NCBI GenBank assembly: GCA_049841055.1
Contig: JASGIE010000059.1
Coordinates: 1,516-65,515, forward strand
Length of the DNA: 64,000 nt
Source: Paludibaculum sp.
Lineage (GTDB): Bacteria > Acidobacteriota > Terriglobia > Bryobacterales > Bryobacteraceae
Direction: 5' to 3'
How positions within the stretch are numbered: position 1 is the stretch's first letter; each line of letters starts with the position of its first letter. The notes below the pieces were generated by a model. That model worked only from the letters and a program-made list of their open reading frames with translations. It was not told the origin of the DNA and did not search any database. The translations under genes were made by a program, and so were the position numbers. Of the stretch, positions 42,947 to 55,885 are shown piece by piece.

Positions 42947-45430
42947 ATGAGCACAGCTAAAGAGAAGTCCGACAACCGGCGCTACCCGATGATGCCTATT
43001 CGGGACGTCGTCATCTTCCCGCATATGATGACGCCGTTCGTCGTAGGCCGCGAGTCCAGTGTTCGCGCGCTCGAAGACGCGCTCGCCGGTGAGAAGAAGA
43101 TTTTCCTGGCCACTCAGCATGACGCCAGTGTGGACGAACCCCGCGCCGAGGATATCTACCAGGTCGGGACGGTCGCCAACATCGTACAGTCCGTGCGAAT
43201 GCCGGACGGCAACATCAAGGTTCTAGTGGAGGGCGTGGAACGGGCGAAGATCCTCGCCGTCATCGAGGAAGACGGCTTCTTCCGCGCCACGGTTCGCAGT
43301 TTCCCCGCCAAGGTCGAGCCCGGTCCCGTCCTCGAGGCCCTCACCGCCCGCGTCACTTCCCTCTTCGAGCAGTATGTAAAGCTCAGCCAGAACGTCAACT
43401 ACGAGACCATGATCGCCGCCATCCGCGTCGACGATCCCGGCAAGCTGGCCGATACGGTCGGCGCCAATCTCCAGTTGACCATCGAAGAGAAACAGGAACT
43501 CCTCGAGATCTTTGACCCCCTGGACCGGCTCACCCGCGTCGCCGACATGCTCGACATCGAGATCGAGAAACTCAATGTCGACCGCACCATCCAGGGCCGT
43601 GTGAAACGCCAGATGGAGAAGGCGCAAAAAGAGTACTACCTCAACGAGAAGATCAAGGCGATCCAGAAGGAACTGGGCCGCGGCGAAAAATCGGAGTTCG
43701 ACGAGCTCCGCAAGAAGATCGAATCCGCCGGCATGACGGGCGACGCGAAGGAAAAGGCCATGGCCGAACTCCGCCGCCTCGAACAGATGCCGCCGATGTC
43801 GGCTGAATCCACGGTTTCGCGCAACTACCTCGACTGGATGCTCGCCGTACCGTGGAAGAAGAAATCCAAGGAGATCCGCGATCTCCGCTTCGCCGAAGAG
43901 GTGCTCAACTCCGATCACTACGGTCTGGAGAAGATCAAGGAACGCATCCTCGAGTTCCTGGCCGTGCGGCGCCTGGTCAAGAACCCCAAGGGCTCCATCC
44001 TCTGCTTTGTCGGACCCCCCGGCGTCGGCAAGACCTCCCTGGGCATGTCCATCGCCAAGGCCACCGGCCGCAACTTCGTCCGTCTGTCACTGGGCGGAGT
44101 CCGCGATGAAGCCGAAGTTCGCGGCCACCGCCGCACCTACATCGGCGCCCTCCCGGGCCAGATCCTCCAGATGATGAAGAAGGCCGGCACACGCAACCCG
44201 GTCTTCATGCTCGACGAAATCGACAAGATGTCGACCGACTTCCGCGGCGACCCGTCGGCCGCCCTCCTGGAAGTCCTCGACCCCGAGCAGAACTTCATGT
44301 TCCAGGATCACTACCTGGACGTCGAGTACGATCTCAGCGAAGTGTTCTTCATCGCCACGGCGAACGTGATGCATACCATCCCGCCGGCCTTGCAGGACCG
44401 CATGGAAGTCATCCGTCTCTCCGGCTACACCGAAATCGAGAAGATGGAGATCGCCCGCCGGTTCCTCGTGCCCAAGCAGATGAAGGCCACCGGCATGGAA
44501 GCCGACAACGTCGCGTTTGCCGATTCAGGTCTGCTCTCCCTCGTCCAGGGCTACACGCGGGAAGCCGGTGTTCGCAATCTCGAACGTGAAATCGGGAACG
44601 TATGCCGTAAGATCGCACGTCAGATCGTTGTGGCCCAGTCCGCCGCCGAGGCGCAGGCCGAGGCCGAAGGCGGCCAGAAGGCATCCAGCGAAGCGGTAGT
44701 GGCGCCCACCAGCGTCTACCCCAAGGTGGAAGTGGACGCGGCCAAAGTGGGCGAACTGCTGGGACCGGCCCGCTATCGCGACCTGACGACCGAGAAGAAA
44801 CCGGAAGTCGGCATCGCGACCGGCTTGGCGTGGACCGAAGTGGGCGGTCAGGTGCTGACAACGGAAGCCAGCATCATGGAAGGCCGCGGCCGGTTGATGA
44901 TTACCGGCAAGTTGGGCGATGTGATGCAGGAATCGGCGCAGGCCGCGATGAGCTTCGTTCGGTCGCGCGCCGGTATGCTGGGCCTGCCCAGGGATTTCTA
45001 TCGTCACCTGGACATTCACATCCACGTCCCGGAAGGCGCTATCCCAAAGGATGGACCTTCGGCGGGCATCACGATCGCGACCACCGTCGCCTCCGCACTG
45101 ACGAAATTCCCGGTGCGCGGCGATGTGGCGATGACCGGAGAGATCACGCTGCGCGGGCGGGTTCTACCCATCGGCGGTGTCAAGGAGAAGCTGATGGCGG
45201 CGCACCGCCATGGCATTTTCGAGGCGCTGCTTCCGCGCGATAATGAGAAAGACCTTGCGGACGTCCCCGAGAACATCCGGAAAGAGATGAAGATCCACCT
45301 CGTCGAATGGATGGATGAGGTGCTGAAAATCGCTCTGACCGGGGATCTGGACTCGCTTGCTTCGCAGACGCCGGTACACCCTCTCGAGGTTGTGCCTGAG
45401 CTGCCGGCGGAAGAAAACCGGGCCCACTAG
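42947..45430 (+). CDS. lon: Lon protease
   Basis: [29 protein letters not shown] catalytic Ser motif, IGGVKEK. Confidence 0.98.
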   Translation: MSTAKEKSDNRRYPMMPIRDVVIFPHMMTPFVVGRESSVRALEDALAGEKKIFLATQHDASVDEPRAEDIYQVGTVANIVQSVRMPDGNIKVLVEGVERAKILAVIEEDGFFRATVRSFPAKVEPGPVLEALTARVTSLFEQYVKLSQNVNYETMIAAIRVDDPGKLADTVGANLQLTIEEKQELLEIFDPLDRLTRVADMLDIEIEKLNVDRTIQGRVKRQMEKAQKEYYLNEKIKAIQKELGRGEKSEFDELRKKIESAGMTGDAKEKAMAELRRLEQMPPMSAESTVSRNYLDWMLAVPWKKKSKEIRDLRFAEEVLNSDHYGLEKIKERILEFLAVRRLVKNPKGSILCFVGPPGVGKTSLGMSIAKATGRNFVRLSLGGVRDEAEVRGHRRTYIGALPGQILQMMKKAGTRNPVFMLDEIDKMSTDFRGDPSAALLEVLDPEQNFMFQDHYLDVEYDLSEVFFIATANVMHTIPPALQDRMEVIRLSGYTEIEKMEIARRFLVPKQMKATGMEADNVAFADSGLLSLVQGYTREAGVRNLEREIGNVCRKIARQIVVAQSAAEAQAEAEGGQKASSEAVVAPTSVYPKVEVDAAKVGELLGPARYRDLTTEKKPEVGIATGLAWTEVGGQVLTTEASIMEGRGRLMITGKLGDVMQESAQAAMSFVRSRAGMLGLPRDFYRHLDIHIHVPEGAIPKDGPSAGITIATTVASALTKFPVRGDVAMTGEITLRGRVLPIGGVKEKLMAAHRHGIFEALLPRDNEKDLADVPENIRKEMKIHLVEWMDEVLKIALTGDLDSLASQTPVHPLEVVPELPAEENRAH

Positions 45431-46008
45431 TCGCTCGTCCGACAGGAAGAGAATTGAAATAAACCAGCCGTGGTCACATCCGCGGAGTTTCTACTAAGTG
45501 CGTCGAATGCCGGGCACTTCCCCCCTGAGGGGATGCCGGAAGTCGCGTTTCTGGGGCGAAGCAACGTGGGTAAGTCCACGCTGCTGAACCGGTTGCTGGG
45601 CCAGAAGCTGGCGTTTACGTCCAGCACCCCAGGCCGCACTCAGGCGGTGAATTTCTTCAGGGTGGAGGATCGGCTGCTTTTTGTCGATCTACCCGGGTAC
45701 GGATACGCGAAAGCCCCGAAGGTCGTTTCGCGGGCCTGGCAGGAGGTGGTGGATGCTTACCTTCTGCAGCGGGAGAAGTTGGCGTTGTGCTGTGTCCTGC
45801 TGGACTCACGGCGCGGCTGGATGGATACCGATCTCCAGCTCAAGGAATGGCTGGAATTCCATCAGCGGCCCTATGTGGTCGTGGCGACGAAGGTGGACAA
45901 GCTCAACCAGAAAGAGAAGAATGCGAGCCAGAAGTCGATCCGGGAGCATTACCCTTCCGGTGAGATCATCTGGTTCTCGGGCCTTTCCGGCCAAGGAGTA
46001 AAAGAGAT

Positions 46009-47625
<1,617 letters not shown>

Positions 47626-47648
47626 CCTCTCACAACCGCGCAAAACTC

Positions 47649-47699
47649 AGGGCGGAGACCATGCTTCCCAAGGGAGCCGGGCCTCCGCCCTTCGCATTT
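47649..47699 (+). terminator. Hairpin downstream of rho (weak U-tract)
   Basis: AGGGCGGAG (47649-47657) / CTCCGCCCT (47683-47691) with inner GCTTCC/GGGAGC stem. Confidence 0.45.
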
Positions 47700-47724
47700 C
47701 CATCCCGGCTAGAATCGAAGACGC

Positions 47725-48492
47725 ATGGCTCGTATTACCCTCATTCATTGGAATGCGGAAGAAGCCGCCGGGCGGTTGCAGGAACTGCGCGCCGCCGGCC
47801 ACCAGGCCGTCCATTGGGCGCCCGCCTCCGGCAACGATCTGAAGTCGATCGACCCCACCGACCTGGTGGTCATCGATCTCACCCGGATCCCTTCTCGCGG
47901 CCGCGACGTCGGCACGTTTCTGCGTCGCACCAAGGCCACCCGCCACATCCCGCTGCTCTTCCTCGACGGCGAAAAGGACAAAGTGGATCGCGTCCGCAAC
48001 GTGCTGCCCGACGCGTCGTTCGGCGACTGGGCCAGCCTACGCACGGCCGTCAAGCAGGCCCTCAAACCCGTGCCCGCCAAACCCGCCCTGCCGGACGCGA
48101 TGGCCGGCTATTCCGGTACGCCCCTGGCGAAAAAGCTCAACATCCACGAGAACGACGTGGTCGCACTCATCGACGCACCAGACGACATGGACGAGAAGCT
48201 CGCACCGCTCCCCGCCAACGTCCGTTTCGTTTCGCGCCTCAGTGTGCAGGCGCAGGTGATCGTCGTGTTCTGCCTCTCCCGGCACGATCTTGAGTCCCGG
48301 TTCCACAGCGCCTCCAATGCCCTGGCGAACAAGGGCCGCCTCTGGCTCGCCTGGCCCAAGAAAACCTCCGGAATTCAGTCCGATCTGACGGAACCCTTCG
48401 TCCGCGAATACGGCCTCGCCCAGGGATTCGTCGACTATAAGATCTGCGCCATCGACGCCACCTGGTCCGGACTCTGCTTTGCACGCCGCTAG
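47725..48492 (+). CDS. Receiver-like domain fused to DUF3052-like domain
   Basis: N-half DLVVIDL...TRHIPLLFL (REC-like); C-half MAGYSGTPLAKKL...WLAWPKK...VDYKICAIDATWSGL. Confidence 0.7.
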   Translation: MARITLIHWNAEEAAGRLQELRAAGHQAVHWAPASGNDLKSIDPTDLVVIDLTRIPSRGRDVGTFLRRTKATRHIPLLFLDGEKDKVDRVRNVLPDASFGDWASLRTAVKQALKPVPAKPALPDAMAGYSGTPLAKKLNIHENDVVALIDAPDDMDEKLAPLPANVRFVSRLSVQAQVIVVFCLSRHDLESRFHSASNALANKGRLWLAWPKKTSGIQSDLTEPFVREYGLAQGFVDYKICAIDATWSGLCFARR

Positions 48493-48501
48493 AAACGTAC
48501 A

Positions 48502-49443
48502 ATGAGCCCTATGAGGGTTTTCCTTTTTCTCCTGGCCGCGACCGCACTACCCGCGGCGGACCTCCGTCTGGGCATCGTCGGCACCGATACCTCGCACTCC
48601 GTCGCCTTCACCGCACTCCTGAACGATCCAGCCAACAAGAACCATCTGCCCGGCGCGCGTATCGTCGCTGCGTACAAGGGCGGCAGCAGCGACATCAAGG
48701 AAAGCTCCGGCCGGGTCGACAAGTACGCCGACGAACTCAGCTCCAAGTACGGCGTCGAATTGACCCCCGACATCCCCACACTGCTCACCAAAGTGGACGC
48801 CGTCCTCCTCGAAAGCGTCGACGGCCGCAAACACCTGGAGCAGTTCCGTGAGATCGTCAAAGCCGGCAAACCCGTATTCATTGACAAGCCTCTTGCCTCC
48901 ACATTGTTCGATGCGCGTGAGATCGCCAGGCTTGCCCAGGAGAACAATGTGAAGTGGTTTTCCGCCTCGGTGTTGCGGTTCAGCGACGTTCTGCCCACCC
49001 TGAAGGTGGACGGCCTGAACGGCGTTTACGCCTGGGGGCCCGGTCCACTCGAAGAGCACCACCAGCTCAGCCTCTCCTGGTACGGCGTCCATACGGTCGA
49101 GACTCTCTACACCATGCTCGGCCGCGGTTGCGAGGAAGTGACCTTCACCTCCTCTGACGATGCCGATGTGGTCACCGGCAAATGGCGCGACGGCCGCATC
49201 GGCACCATCCGCGTCATCCGGCCTTACTCCGCCTTCGGCGTCACCGCCTTCTCGGCCAAGGCCATCAAGACCAACGAGAAGGATCTCTACACCGGCTACC
49301 AGAACCTGGTGAAGGAGATTATCCAGTTCTTCCAAAGCGGCAAACCGCCCATCGACGAGAATGAGACGCTGGAGATGTTTGCGTTCATGGACGCCGCGCA
49401 GCGCAGCAAGGACTCGGGCGGCACTCCGACGAAACTCCGCTGA
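48502..49443 (+). CDS. Gfo/Idh/MocA-family oxidoreductase with signal peptide
   Basis: LRLGIVGTDTSH, SVDGRKH, FIDKPLA, WYGVH. Confidence 0.88.
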   Translation: MSPMRVFLFLLAATALPAADLRLGIVGTDTSHSVAFTALLNDPANKNHLPGARIVAAYKGGSSDIKESSGRVDKYADELSSKYGVELTPDIPTLLTKVDAVLLESVDGRKHLEQFREIVKAGKPVFIDKPLASTLFDAREIARLAQENNVKWFSASVLRFSDVLPTLKVDGLNGVYAWGPGPLEEHHQLSLSWYGVHTVETLYTMLGRGCEEVTFTSSDDADVVTGKWRDGRIGTIRVIRPYSAFGVTAFSAKAIKTNEKDLYTGYQNLVKEIIQFFQSGKPPIDENETLEMFAFMDAAQRSKDSGGTPTKLR

Positions 49444-49458
49444 CCCTCTTCCAAATCC

Positions 49459-50145
49459 ATGCGAACGGACTTCGTCCTCTTCGGGCCCGCGCACTTCGCC
49501 ATCATGGCGGCTATTCCCGCTTTCGGAGCCCTGCTCGCCTGGGCGGTGCGCGGCAATCCGGAGGCCGCCCGGCGCACGCGCCTGGGTCTCGGCGTCTTCC
49601 TTCTCCTCAACGAACTCGTCTGGTACGGCTACAAGCTCGCCCTGGAGGGCAGCCGCTTCCCCGAAGGACTCCCGCTGCAGCTCTGCGACCTGTCGCTCTG
49701 GCTCACCGTCATCACGCTACTGGCCCTCCGTCCCTGGACCTTTGAGCCCGGCTTCTTCGTCGGTATCGCCGGAGCCAGCATGGCTGTGGTCACTCCGGAA
49801 CTCTGGGCGCCCGCCTGGTCGTACCCGACGGCCTACTTCTTCGTGGCCCACGGCGGCATCATCGCCGCCATGCTATTCCTCGTCTGGTCCGGTCAGGCCC
49901 GCCCCAGGCCGCGCGCCATGTGGCGCGGCTTACTCGTTCTCAACGGCTGGGCCGCATTCGTCGGGACCTTCAACGCGATCTTCCACACCAACTACATGTT
50001 TCTTTGCCGCAAGCCCGTCAGCGCCTCCGCCCTCGACGCCATGGGCCCGTGGCCCTGGTACCTGCTCGGCGGCGAGGCGGCAGCCCTGGTGCTCTTCACG
50101 CTGATGTCTCTGCCCTTCCGCAAGCCCGCCACAGCTGCGGCTTAG
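49459..50145 (+). CDS. YwaF/TIGR02206-like integral membrane protein
   Basis: FGPAH, LPLQLCD, FFVAHG, NYMFL..KP, GPWPWY. Confidence 0.85.
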   Translation: MRTDFVLFGPAHFAIMAAIPAFGALLAWAVRGNPEAARRTRLGLGVFLLLNELVWYGYKLALEGSRFPEGLPLQLCDLSLWLTVITLLALRPWTFEPGFFVGIAGASMAVVTPELWAPAWSYPTAYFFVAHGGIIAAMLFLVWSGQARPRPRAMWRGLLVLNGWAAFVGTFNAIFHTNYMFLCRKPVSASALDAMGPWPWYLLGGEAAALVLFTLMSLPFRKPATAAA

Positions 50146-51561
50146 GAAACCACCGGCTCCGGTTGCCCGGTCTTGCCCTTCATCACGGCCGGCAGCCGGA
50201 ACACCTGGCCCTGGCGGTTCGAAAAATAGAGACAGGACGCCGAAGGCTTCAGCGCATCCCCATCGGCCCATAGGGCATAGAAATCGGGATGCGCGTTCAG
50301 CGGCCGCCGGACATACGTGTGATTCCGCAGGCTGTTCTTCGTCAGCGCCAGGGTCTTCTTCCAGGTCTGGCCGTCGTCGCGGCTTTCCCAGTTCTCGACC
50401 TCACCGCCTGTGCTCCATGCCTGCGGGCCAACACCCGTAGGCCCGATAAACCGCCACATGCCCTCTTCCAGATACAGCGACCCGTGATCGTAGTTGTGGT
50501 CCGTCTCCGCGATCGTGGAAAAGCGCCATTCCGTCCCCGTCCAGCGCGCCAGGCACAACTTCCGGGGACCATTCCCCCGGACCCGGCTCATAGCCCTTGC
50601 TCGTCAGATACACCAGGATCGGGCGGTTCCGCGAATCGTATTGGACGTCCTTCAGGTAGACCAGCAGCCCTTCTTTCCGGTAGTCGCGGACTAGGGCAGG
50701 GCACTCTTCCGACACGATCGGCAGCAGGATCCCCTGGCCGTCCACACTCTCCCAGGAAAGGCCGGCATTCCCGGTTTGCATGAAGTACAGGTTCGTGCGC
50801 TGGTTCAACCCGCCCGGATTGGGATGGAAGTCGAACGCCGTCCCCAGGCGGCTGCCCGACTGGTTCGGCCAGCTCAGTTGATAATGACCCTGCCCGGCAA
50901 AGGCAATTTCGCGCGGCTTACTCCACACGAAGCCATCCACGCTGCTCATCGAATACAGCGCCCGGCCCGCCGTCTTCTTCTCATCACCCACCGGGCGGTA
51001 CCGCGTATGCAGAAACAGGAACCCGTGACCCGGCAAATACCAGGGCTGCGTATACGAGAAGTTCGTCTCCAGCACCCGCTCAAAACTGTCCACCGAGTAG
51101 GGCCGCCGGCTCCGGTGAATGAACGAGGGCCTGGTCGTACCGTGCGAGCTCGAGAAGATCCAGATGTAGCCGGCATCGTCGATGGACATCGTCGGATTGT
51201 CGTGCGCGTCGTCCGTCTGCTTGTTCAGCAGGATGGTCGGCCGCGGCACCAGCCCCGTCTTGTGGTCATAGTACGAGACCATGTGCAGCAGTTCTGTCTT
51301 GGTCTTGGCCGTACCTCCATAACAGAAGAAGGTCTTCTGCACCGCCCCGGCATACACCGCAATCGGTGCATGTTGCTGGGGATACGTGGCAAAACCACCG
51401 CTGTACTTGTACACGTACTTGTCGTCGGACGGCTGGTTGAAGTACCAGATTCCACGGTACCCGTCGTCCTTGGGTTGCGCGCCGGTCTGCGCCTGCAACT
51501 TGTCTGCAATCGCCGGCGCGCCCGCCAGGGCCCCGGCTACGAACTTTCTCCGGTTGAGCAT
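50142..51561 (-). CDS. Tat-exported BNR-4-type repeat protein (apparent frameshift ~50580)
   Basis: LNRRKF; KYSGG, DAHDNP, DHNYD.GSL, SRDDGQTW, NAHPDF. Confidence 0.82.
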
Positions 51562-51625
51562 GTATGAGAGCTGCTAACTATCTGGACTCTAGCATGCTCT
51601 CCCCGCGTGGTTGAAGTGCGCCCGG

Positions 51626-54253
51626 TCAGGCCGAGTGCAGCCGCCGCGCCGCATCCACCCGCGACGCTCTCCAGGCCGGCAAGGCCGTGGCCGCCAGCGC
51701 CGTCACCGCCACCGCGACCCCGGCTGCCAGCAGCGTCGCCGGATTCTGTGCCGTGATCCCGAAAACGAGTTCATCCAGGCCGCGAGCCGCCGCCCAACTG
51801 CCGGCACAACCCAGCGCGATTCCCACCAGGGCCAGACGTAGAGCGTGGATGCCTGTCCACCCCAGAATCCGGCCGGGCGTCGCTCCCAAGGCCAGGCGGA
51901 TGGCGATCTCCGGCTCCCGCACGTTCACCCAGTAGTTCAGCAGCCCATAGACCCCCACCGCCGCCAGCGTCAGCGCCAGACCGGCAAACAGCCCCAACAG
52001 GACGGTGATGAACCTCCTGCGGACCAGCCCGTCCCGCAAGGTCTCCGACAACGGAGCCAGCCGCTGCACCGGCAGATTGCGATCCACTTCCGACACCCGT
52101 GCCCGGATCGCCGGCGCAACCAAGGCCGGATCCCCACTCGCGCGGACCATCACCGCCATGCCGCCCTCGGTTTGCTGCGCGAAAGGCTGGTAGATCTCCG
52201 GCTGCGGCAGACTGTCCAGCCCGCTTTGGCGAACATCGCCCACCACGCCCACAATCTCGAACAACGGCCCGTCGATGTACGGTCCACCCACCTTGATTTG
52301 CCGCCCCACCGCCGATTCACCGGGCCACCACGTCCGTGCGAACGTCTCGTTCACCACCGCCACCTTCGGACCGGTCCGCGTGTCGTTGGCCGTGAACGTC
52401 CGGCCCTGCCGCAAGGGGACTCTCATCGTTTCGAAGTAATCCGTCATCGCGGTGTTGAACAGCGCAATGGGCACCTCGTTTCGTGCCGGAACCGGCCGCC
52501 CAGGAATTGAATAGAACCAGTCGCCGCAATCGCCGGCGCCCGGCGGGCAATGCACGGCGCTCACCGCGCTCACGCCCGGAATGGCCCGCAACCTCTCCAG
52601 CAGCGCCCCATAGAAATTCTCCCGCGCCTGCGCACCCACGTACGACGCTCTCGGCAGTAGTAATTCCACGGACATCACTTGCGCGGCCTCAAAACCCGGA
52701 TTCGCGTGCTGCGCCGCGGCAAGGCTCCTCAGCAGCAGGCCGGACCCGAACGCCAGCACCAGCGTCAACGCAATCTCCGCCACCACCAGCGCGCTCCGCA
52801 GCGTCTGCCTGCGCTTCCCGCCGGAAGAGCGCACCGTGTCCTTCAACGCTGTCGTCAGATCCACCCGTCCGGCCGTAAACACAGGCGCCAAACCGGCCAG
52901 CAATCCCGTGCCGAGTGTAATGGCCGACGCGAATAGCAGCACCGGCAGATCGAGGGAGATCTCCGCGATGCGAGGAATGCCCGGCGGTGCCGTCAGCACC
53001 AGCGCTCGCAACGCCCATCCCGCCAGCAGAATCCCCGCCAGGCCGCCGCACAGGGCCAGAACCAGGTTCTCCGTGAATAGTTGGCGGATCAGCCGCCCGC
53101 GCCCGGCGCCAATCGCGGTCCGGATCGCGAGTTCCCCGCCGCGGGCGGTATTCCTCGCCAGCAGCAGGCTCGTTACATTGGCGCAGGCAATCAACAGAAC
53201 CAACGCCGCCGCGGCCATCAGCACCAGCAGCGTTCCCCGCATTTCGCCAGTGGTCTGCTCCGCATAAAAGCGGCCGAAGCTGGTGTGTTCATTTTCCGGA
53301 CCCGGTTCCGCCTCGGCCAGATGACGCATGATCGCATCCAGATCCGCACGTGCCTCAGCCAACTGGACGCCCGGCTTCAACCGCGCCAGCGCCCGGATCG
53401 AGCCATGCTTCGAGCGGTCCGTCGTGGAGCCTTCACGGGCTCCCAACCCCACGTAATAGTCCACCGCATTCGGAGTCCAGATCGGTGCCGCCACACCGGC
53501 AACCTCATACATCTGCCCGTCCAGGGTCAGTGACCTGCCGGCAATCCCAGGATCCCCGCCCAGCTTCTCTGCCCAGAACCGGTGCGTCAGCACGACCATC
53601 CGATTCGAGCCCGGCCGGTCATCCCCCTCTGTCCAGAACCGCCCCAGCACCGGCCGCATCCCCAGCATGGCGAAGTAATGGCTGGTCACCGCCATGCCCT
53701 TCATCATCAGCGCCTCCCGTCCCCCGGTGAGCGTCATATGGTCGCCGCGGAACGCCGCCATATCCTCCAGCGTGTGGTTCCCTCGCACCCAGTTCTGGTA
53801 GTTCACCCACGTGACGCTGATCCCGCTCGCCTTCCCGGTGGACTCACCCAGCCAAACGATCCTCTCCCCGCCCGGGTACGGCAACGGTTTCAGCACTACC
53901 GTATTCAGGACACTGAAGATTGCCGTATTCACCCCAATTCCCAACGCTAGTGTGATGACAATGACCAGCGTCAGGGCCGGAGTCCTCCGCATGGCCCGCA
54001 GCGCGTACCGGACATCCTGTGCCAGGCTCTCCAGGGAAGGGAAGCCCCATGAGTCCCGAGCCTTCTCCGCCACCCGAACCGGATTCCCAAACCGGCGCTG
54101 CGCTTCCTGCCGCGCCTCCTCACGACTCAACCCGCGCTCCTCCCGGTCGGCCGCGTCCATCTCCAGATGAGTCTGAATCTCCTCGGCGAGATCGCCTGAG
54201 ATCGCTCCACGGCCTGTCAACCAACCCTGCAGGCGGGACCACCATTCGCGCAT
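51626..54253 (-). CDS. ADOP-family duplicated MacB/FtsX-type permease
   Basis: EARQEAQRRFGN, QDVRYALR, LALGIGVNTAIFS, LLIACANV, ELAIRTAIGA, EIAIRLALGA. Confidence 0.93.
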   Translation of the reverse strand: MREWWSRLQGWLTGRGAISGDLAEEIQTHLEMDAADREERGLSREEARQEAQRRFGNPVRVAEKARDSWGFPSLESLAQDVRYALRAMRRTPALTLVIVITLALGIGVNTAIFSVLNTVVLKPLPYPGGERIVWLGESTGKASGISVTWVNYQNWVRGNHTLEDMAAFRGDHMTLTGGREALMMKGMAVTSHYFAMLGMRPVLGRFWTEGDDRPGSNRMVVLTHRFWAEKLGGDPGIAGRSLTLDGQMYEVAGVAAPIWTPNAVDYYVGLGAREGSTTDRSKHGSIRALARLKPGVQLAEARADLDAIMRHLAEAEPGPENEHTSFGRFYAEQTTGEMRGTLLVLMAAAALVLLIACANVTSLLLARNTARGGELAIRTAIGAGRGRLIRQLFTENLVLALCGGLAGILLAGWALRALVLTAPPGIPRIAEISLDLPVLLFASAITLGTGLLAGLAPVFTAGRVDLTTALKDTVRSSGGKRRQTLRSALVVAEIALTLVLAFGSGLLLRSLAAAQHANPGFEAAQVMSVELLLPRASYVGAQARENFYGALLERLRAIPGVSAVSAVHCPPGAGDCGDWFYSIPGRPVPARNEVPIALFNTAMTDYFETMRVPLRQGRTFTANDTRTGPKVAVVNETFARTWWPGESAVGRQIKVGGPYIDGPLFEIVGVVGDVRQSGLDSLPQPEIYQPFAQQTEGGMAVMVRASGDPALVAPAIRARVSEVDRNLPVQRLAPLSETLRDGLVRRRFITVLLGLFAGLALTLAAVGVYGLLNYWVNVREPEIAIRLALGATPGRILGWTGIHALRLALVGIALGCAGSWAAARGLDELVFGITAQNPATLLAAGVAVAVTALAATALPAWRASRVDAARRLHSA

Positions 54254-54258
54254 AAGGA

Positions 54259-54609
54259 TCAAGCCTCCGGTTTCAGCACACGCGTCATCGCTTCCACAAA
54301 GCGCTGCCACTTTGAATTCTCACGAACCAACTGCTCCCGCCCTTCCGTCGTGAGCGTGTAATACCGCGCTCGCCGCGAGTTGGGCGATACATTCCACTCC
54401 GCCGTCAGCCAGCCTCTCTGCAACAGCCGCTGTAGAGCCGGATACAGCGATCCGTTGTCCACCACAAACTCACGGCCCGATTGCTGCTCCAGAAACTGCG
54501 AAATGCCGTAAGCATGGTTCGGCCCTGCCTGCAGGCTTCGCAGAATCAGTACTTCCAGGGTGCCTTGGAGGAACTCGAGTGGTTCCCGTGGATCGTCTAC
54601 CGTAGACAT
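54259..54609 (-). CDS. PadR-family transcriptional regulator (acidobacterial type)
   Basis: LQGTLEVLIL, HAYGI, GSLYPALQRL, RRARYYTLT..GR. Confidence 0.95.
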   Translation of the reverse strand: MSTVDDPREPLEFLQGTLEVLILRSLQAGPNHAYGISQFLEQQSGREFVVDNGSLYPALQRLLQRGWLTAEWNVSPNSRRARYYTLTTEGREQLVRENSKWQRFVEAMTRVLKPEA

Positions 54610-54624
54610 TCTATCTGTAGAATG
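54595..54624. promoter_or_regulatory. Overlapping palindromes at padR start, candidate PadR operator
   Basis: GTCTAC-C-GTAGAC (54595-54607), TAGA-CAT-TCTA (54603-54613), CATTCTA-TCTG-TAGAATG (54607-54624). Confidence 0.55.
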
Positions 54625-54716
54625 CGGGCAGAGCACCGCCACGTCAAGATTGAATCCGCGTGAACGAGGGAGTTGTTACAGGCGTGACAGGTGGGACGGA
54701 CTAGGCGGCGGGCAAC

Positions 54717-54747
54717 ACAAAAAGGGCAGGTCGCCGGACCTGCCCTT
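54717..54747 (-). terminator. Intrinsic terminator
   Basis: Perfect 11-bp stem AAGGGCAGGTC/GACCTGCCCTT, 4-nt loop, T-run on the minus strand. Confidence 0.8.
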
Positions 54748-54776
54748 CTCGAGAAATCGGTTGTGGAAGAGGGAAG

Positions 54777-54989
54777 TTACTTCGCCTTCTTCTGCTTCTG
54801 CTGACCGACGCGGACCTTGAACTGCTTCTGCTGCATCTCTTCCCAGGCTTTCCAATCGAAGCGCTTGGAGGCATCGGCAAGGTACTGGTCTACGTCCGCA
54901 CCCTTCGGCAGGACAGCCATCAGGGTTGCTTCCTGTCCCGCGGGACCGGTGATGCGAAAACGGCGGACATTCGGAATCGACATAACCAC
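54777..54989 (-). CDS. Small basic hypothetical protein
   Basis: 70-aa ORF with GGAG upstream, Lys/Gln-rich tail, followed by a terminator. Confidence 0.65.
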   Translation of the reverse strand: MVMSIPNVRRFRITGPAGQEATLMAVLPKGADVDQYLADASKRFDWKAWEEMQQKQFKVRVGQQKQKKAK

Positions 54990-54993
54990 TCCA

Positions 54994-55878
54994 CTATACC
55001 AAATCCGCTAACGCTTCGCCTAATTCCGGCCTCTGAAACTGGAACCCAAGGTCCAGGGCCGCCTGCGGAATCACCCTTTGGCTCTCCACCAGCACCGACG
55101 CCATCTCGCCGTACAGCAGTTTCAGCGCAAACTCCGGTACCGGGAAGAACGCCGGCCGGTGCAGCACCCTTGCAAGAATCCGTGTAAAGTCTTTATTCGT
55201 AACGGGATTCGGCGCCACGCAGTTCAGCGCCCCCAGGACCTGCGGATTCGCCACCGCCCAACTCACCAGCCGCACCATGTCCTGCAGGTGGATCCACGAC
55301 ATCCACTGCCGGCCGCCCGCCAGCGGCCCCCCCACTCCAGCCCGGAACGGCGGCAGCATCTTCGCCAGAGCCCCTCCGCCCCGGCCCAGCACCACGCCGG
55401 TCCGCAGCTTCACCACCCGCACGCCCAGAGCCCGCGCCAGATCCGCCGTCGACTCCCACTCCTTGCAGACATCCGGCAGGAATCCCTGCCCTGCCTTTGA
55501 CTGCTCCGTCAGCACCTCCGCGCCCCGATCGCCGTAGTACCCCGTAGCCGAAGCGCAAACCAGCACCTGCGGCCTCGGCGAGAGCGTCGTCAACGCCTCC
55601 ACCAGATGCCTGGTCCCCTCCACCCGGCTGCGCCGGATCGCCTCTTTCACGGCCGGGCTCCACCGTTGCGCCACCGGTTCGCCCGCCAGGTGGATCACCG
55701 CATCGGCGCCCGCCAGGCTCGCCTCCGGCGGTTGGCCCGCCATCGGATCCCACTCGAAATAGCCCGCGCGCCCGCCTGTCTTCCGGCTCAGGAATCGCAA
55801 TTCGTGACCCTCGGCTCGCAAAGCCGCGGCCAATGCCCCGCCCAGGAATCCCGTCGCTCCCGTCAATGTAATCTTCAT
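54994..55878 (-). CDS. TIGR01777 (YfcH-like) epimerase-family oxidoreductase
   Basis: ITLTGATGFLG, HLAGEPV, SATGYYG, LRTGVVLG, GRQWMSWIH. Confidence 0.92.
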   Translation of the reverse strand: MKITLTGATGFLGGALAAALRAEGHELRFLSRKTGGRAGYFEWDPMAGQPPEASLAGADAVIHLAGEPVAQRWSPAVKEAIRRSRVEGTRHLVEALTTLSPRPQVLVCASATGYYGDRGAEVLTEQSKAGQGFLPDVCKEWESTADLARALGVRVVKLRTGVVLGRGGGALAKMLPPFRAGVGGPLAGGRQWMSWIHLQDMVRLVSWAVANPQVLGALNCVAPNPVTNKDFTRILARVLHRPAFFPVPEFALKLLYGEMASVLVESQRVIPQAALDLGFQFQRPELGEALADLV

Positions 55879-55885
55879 GGCAACT

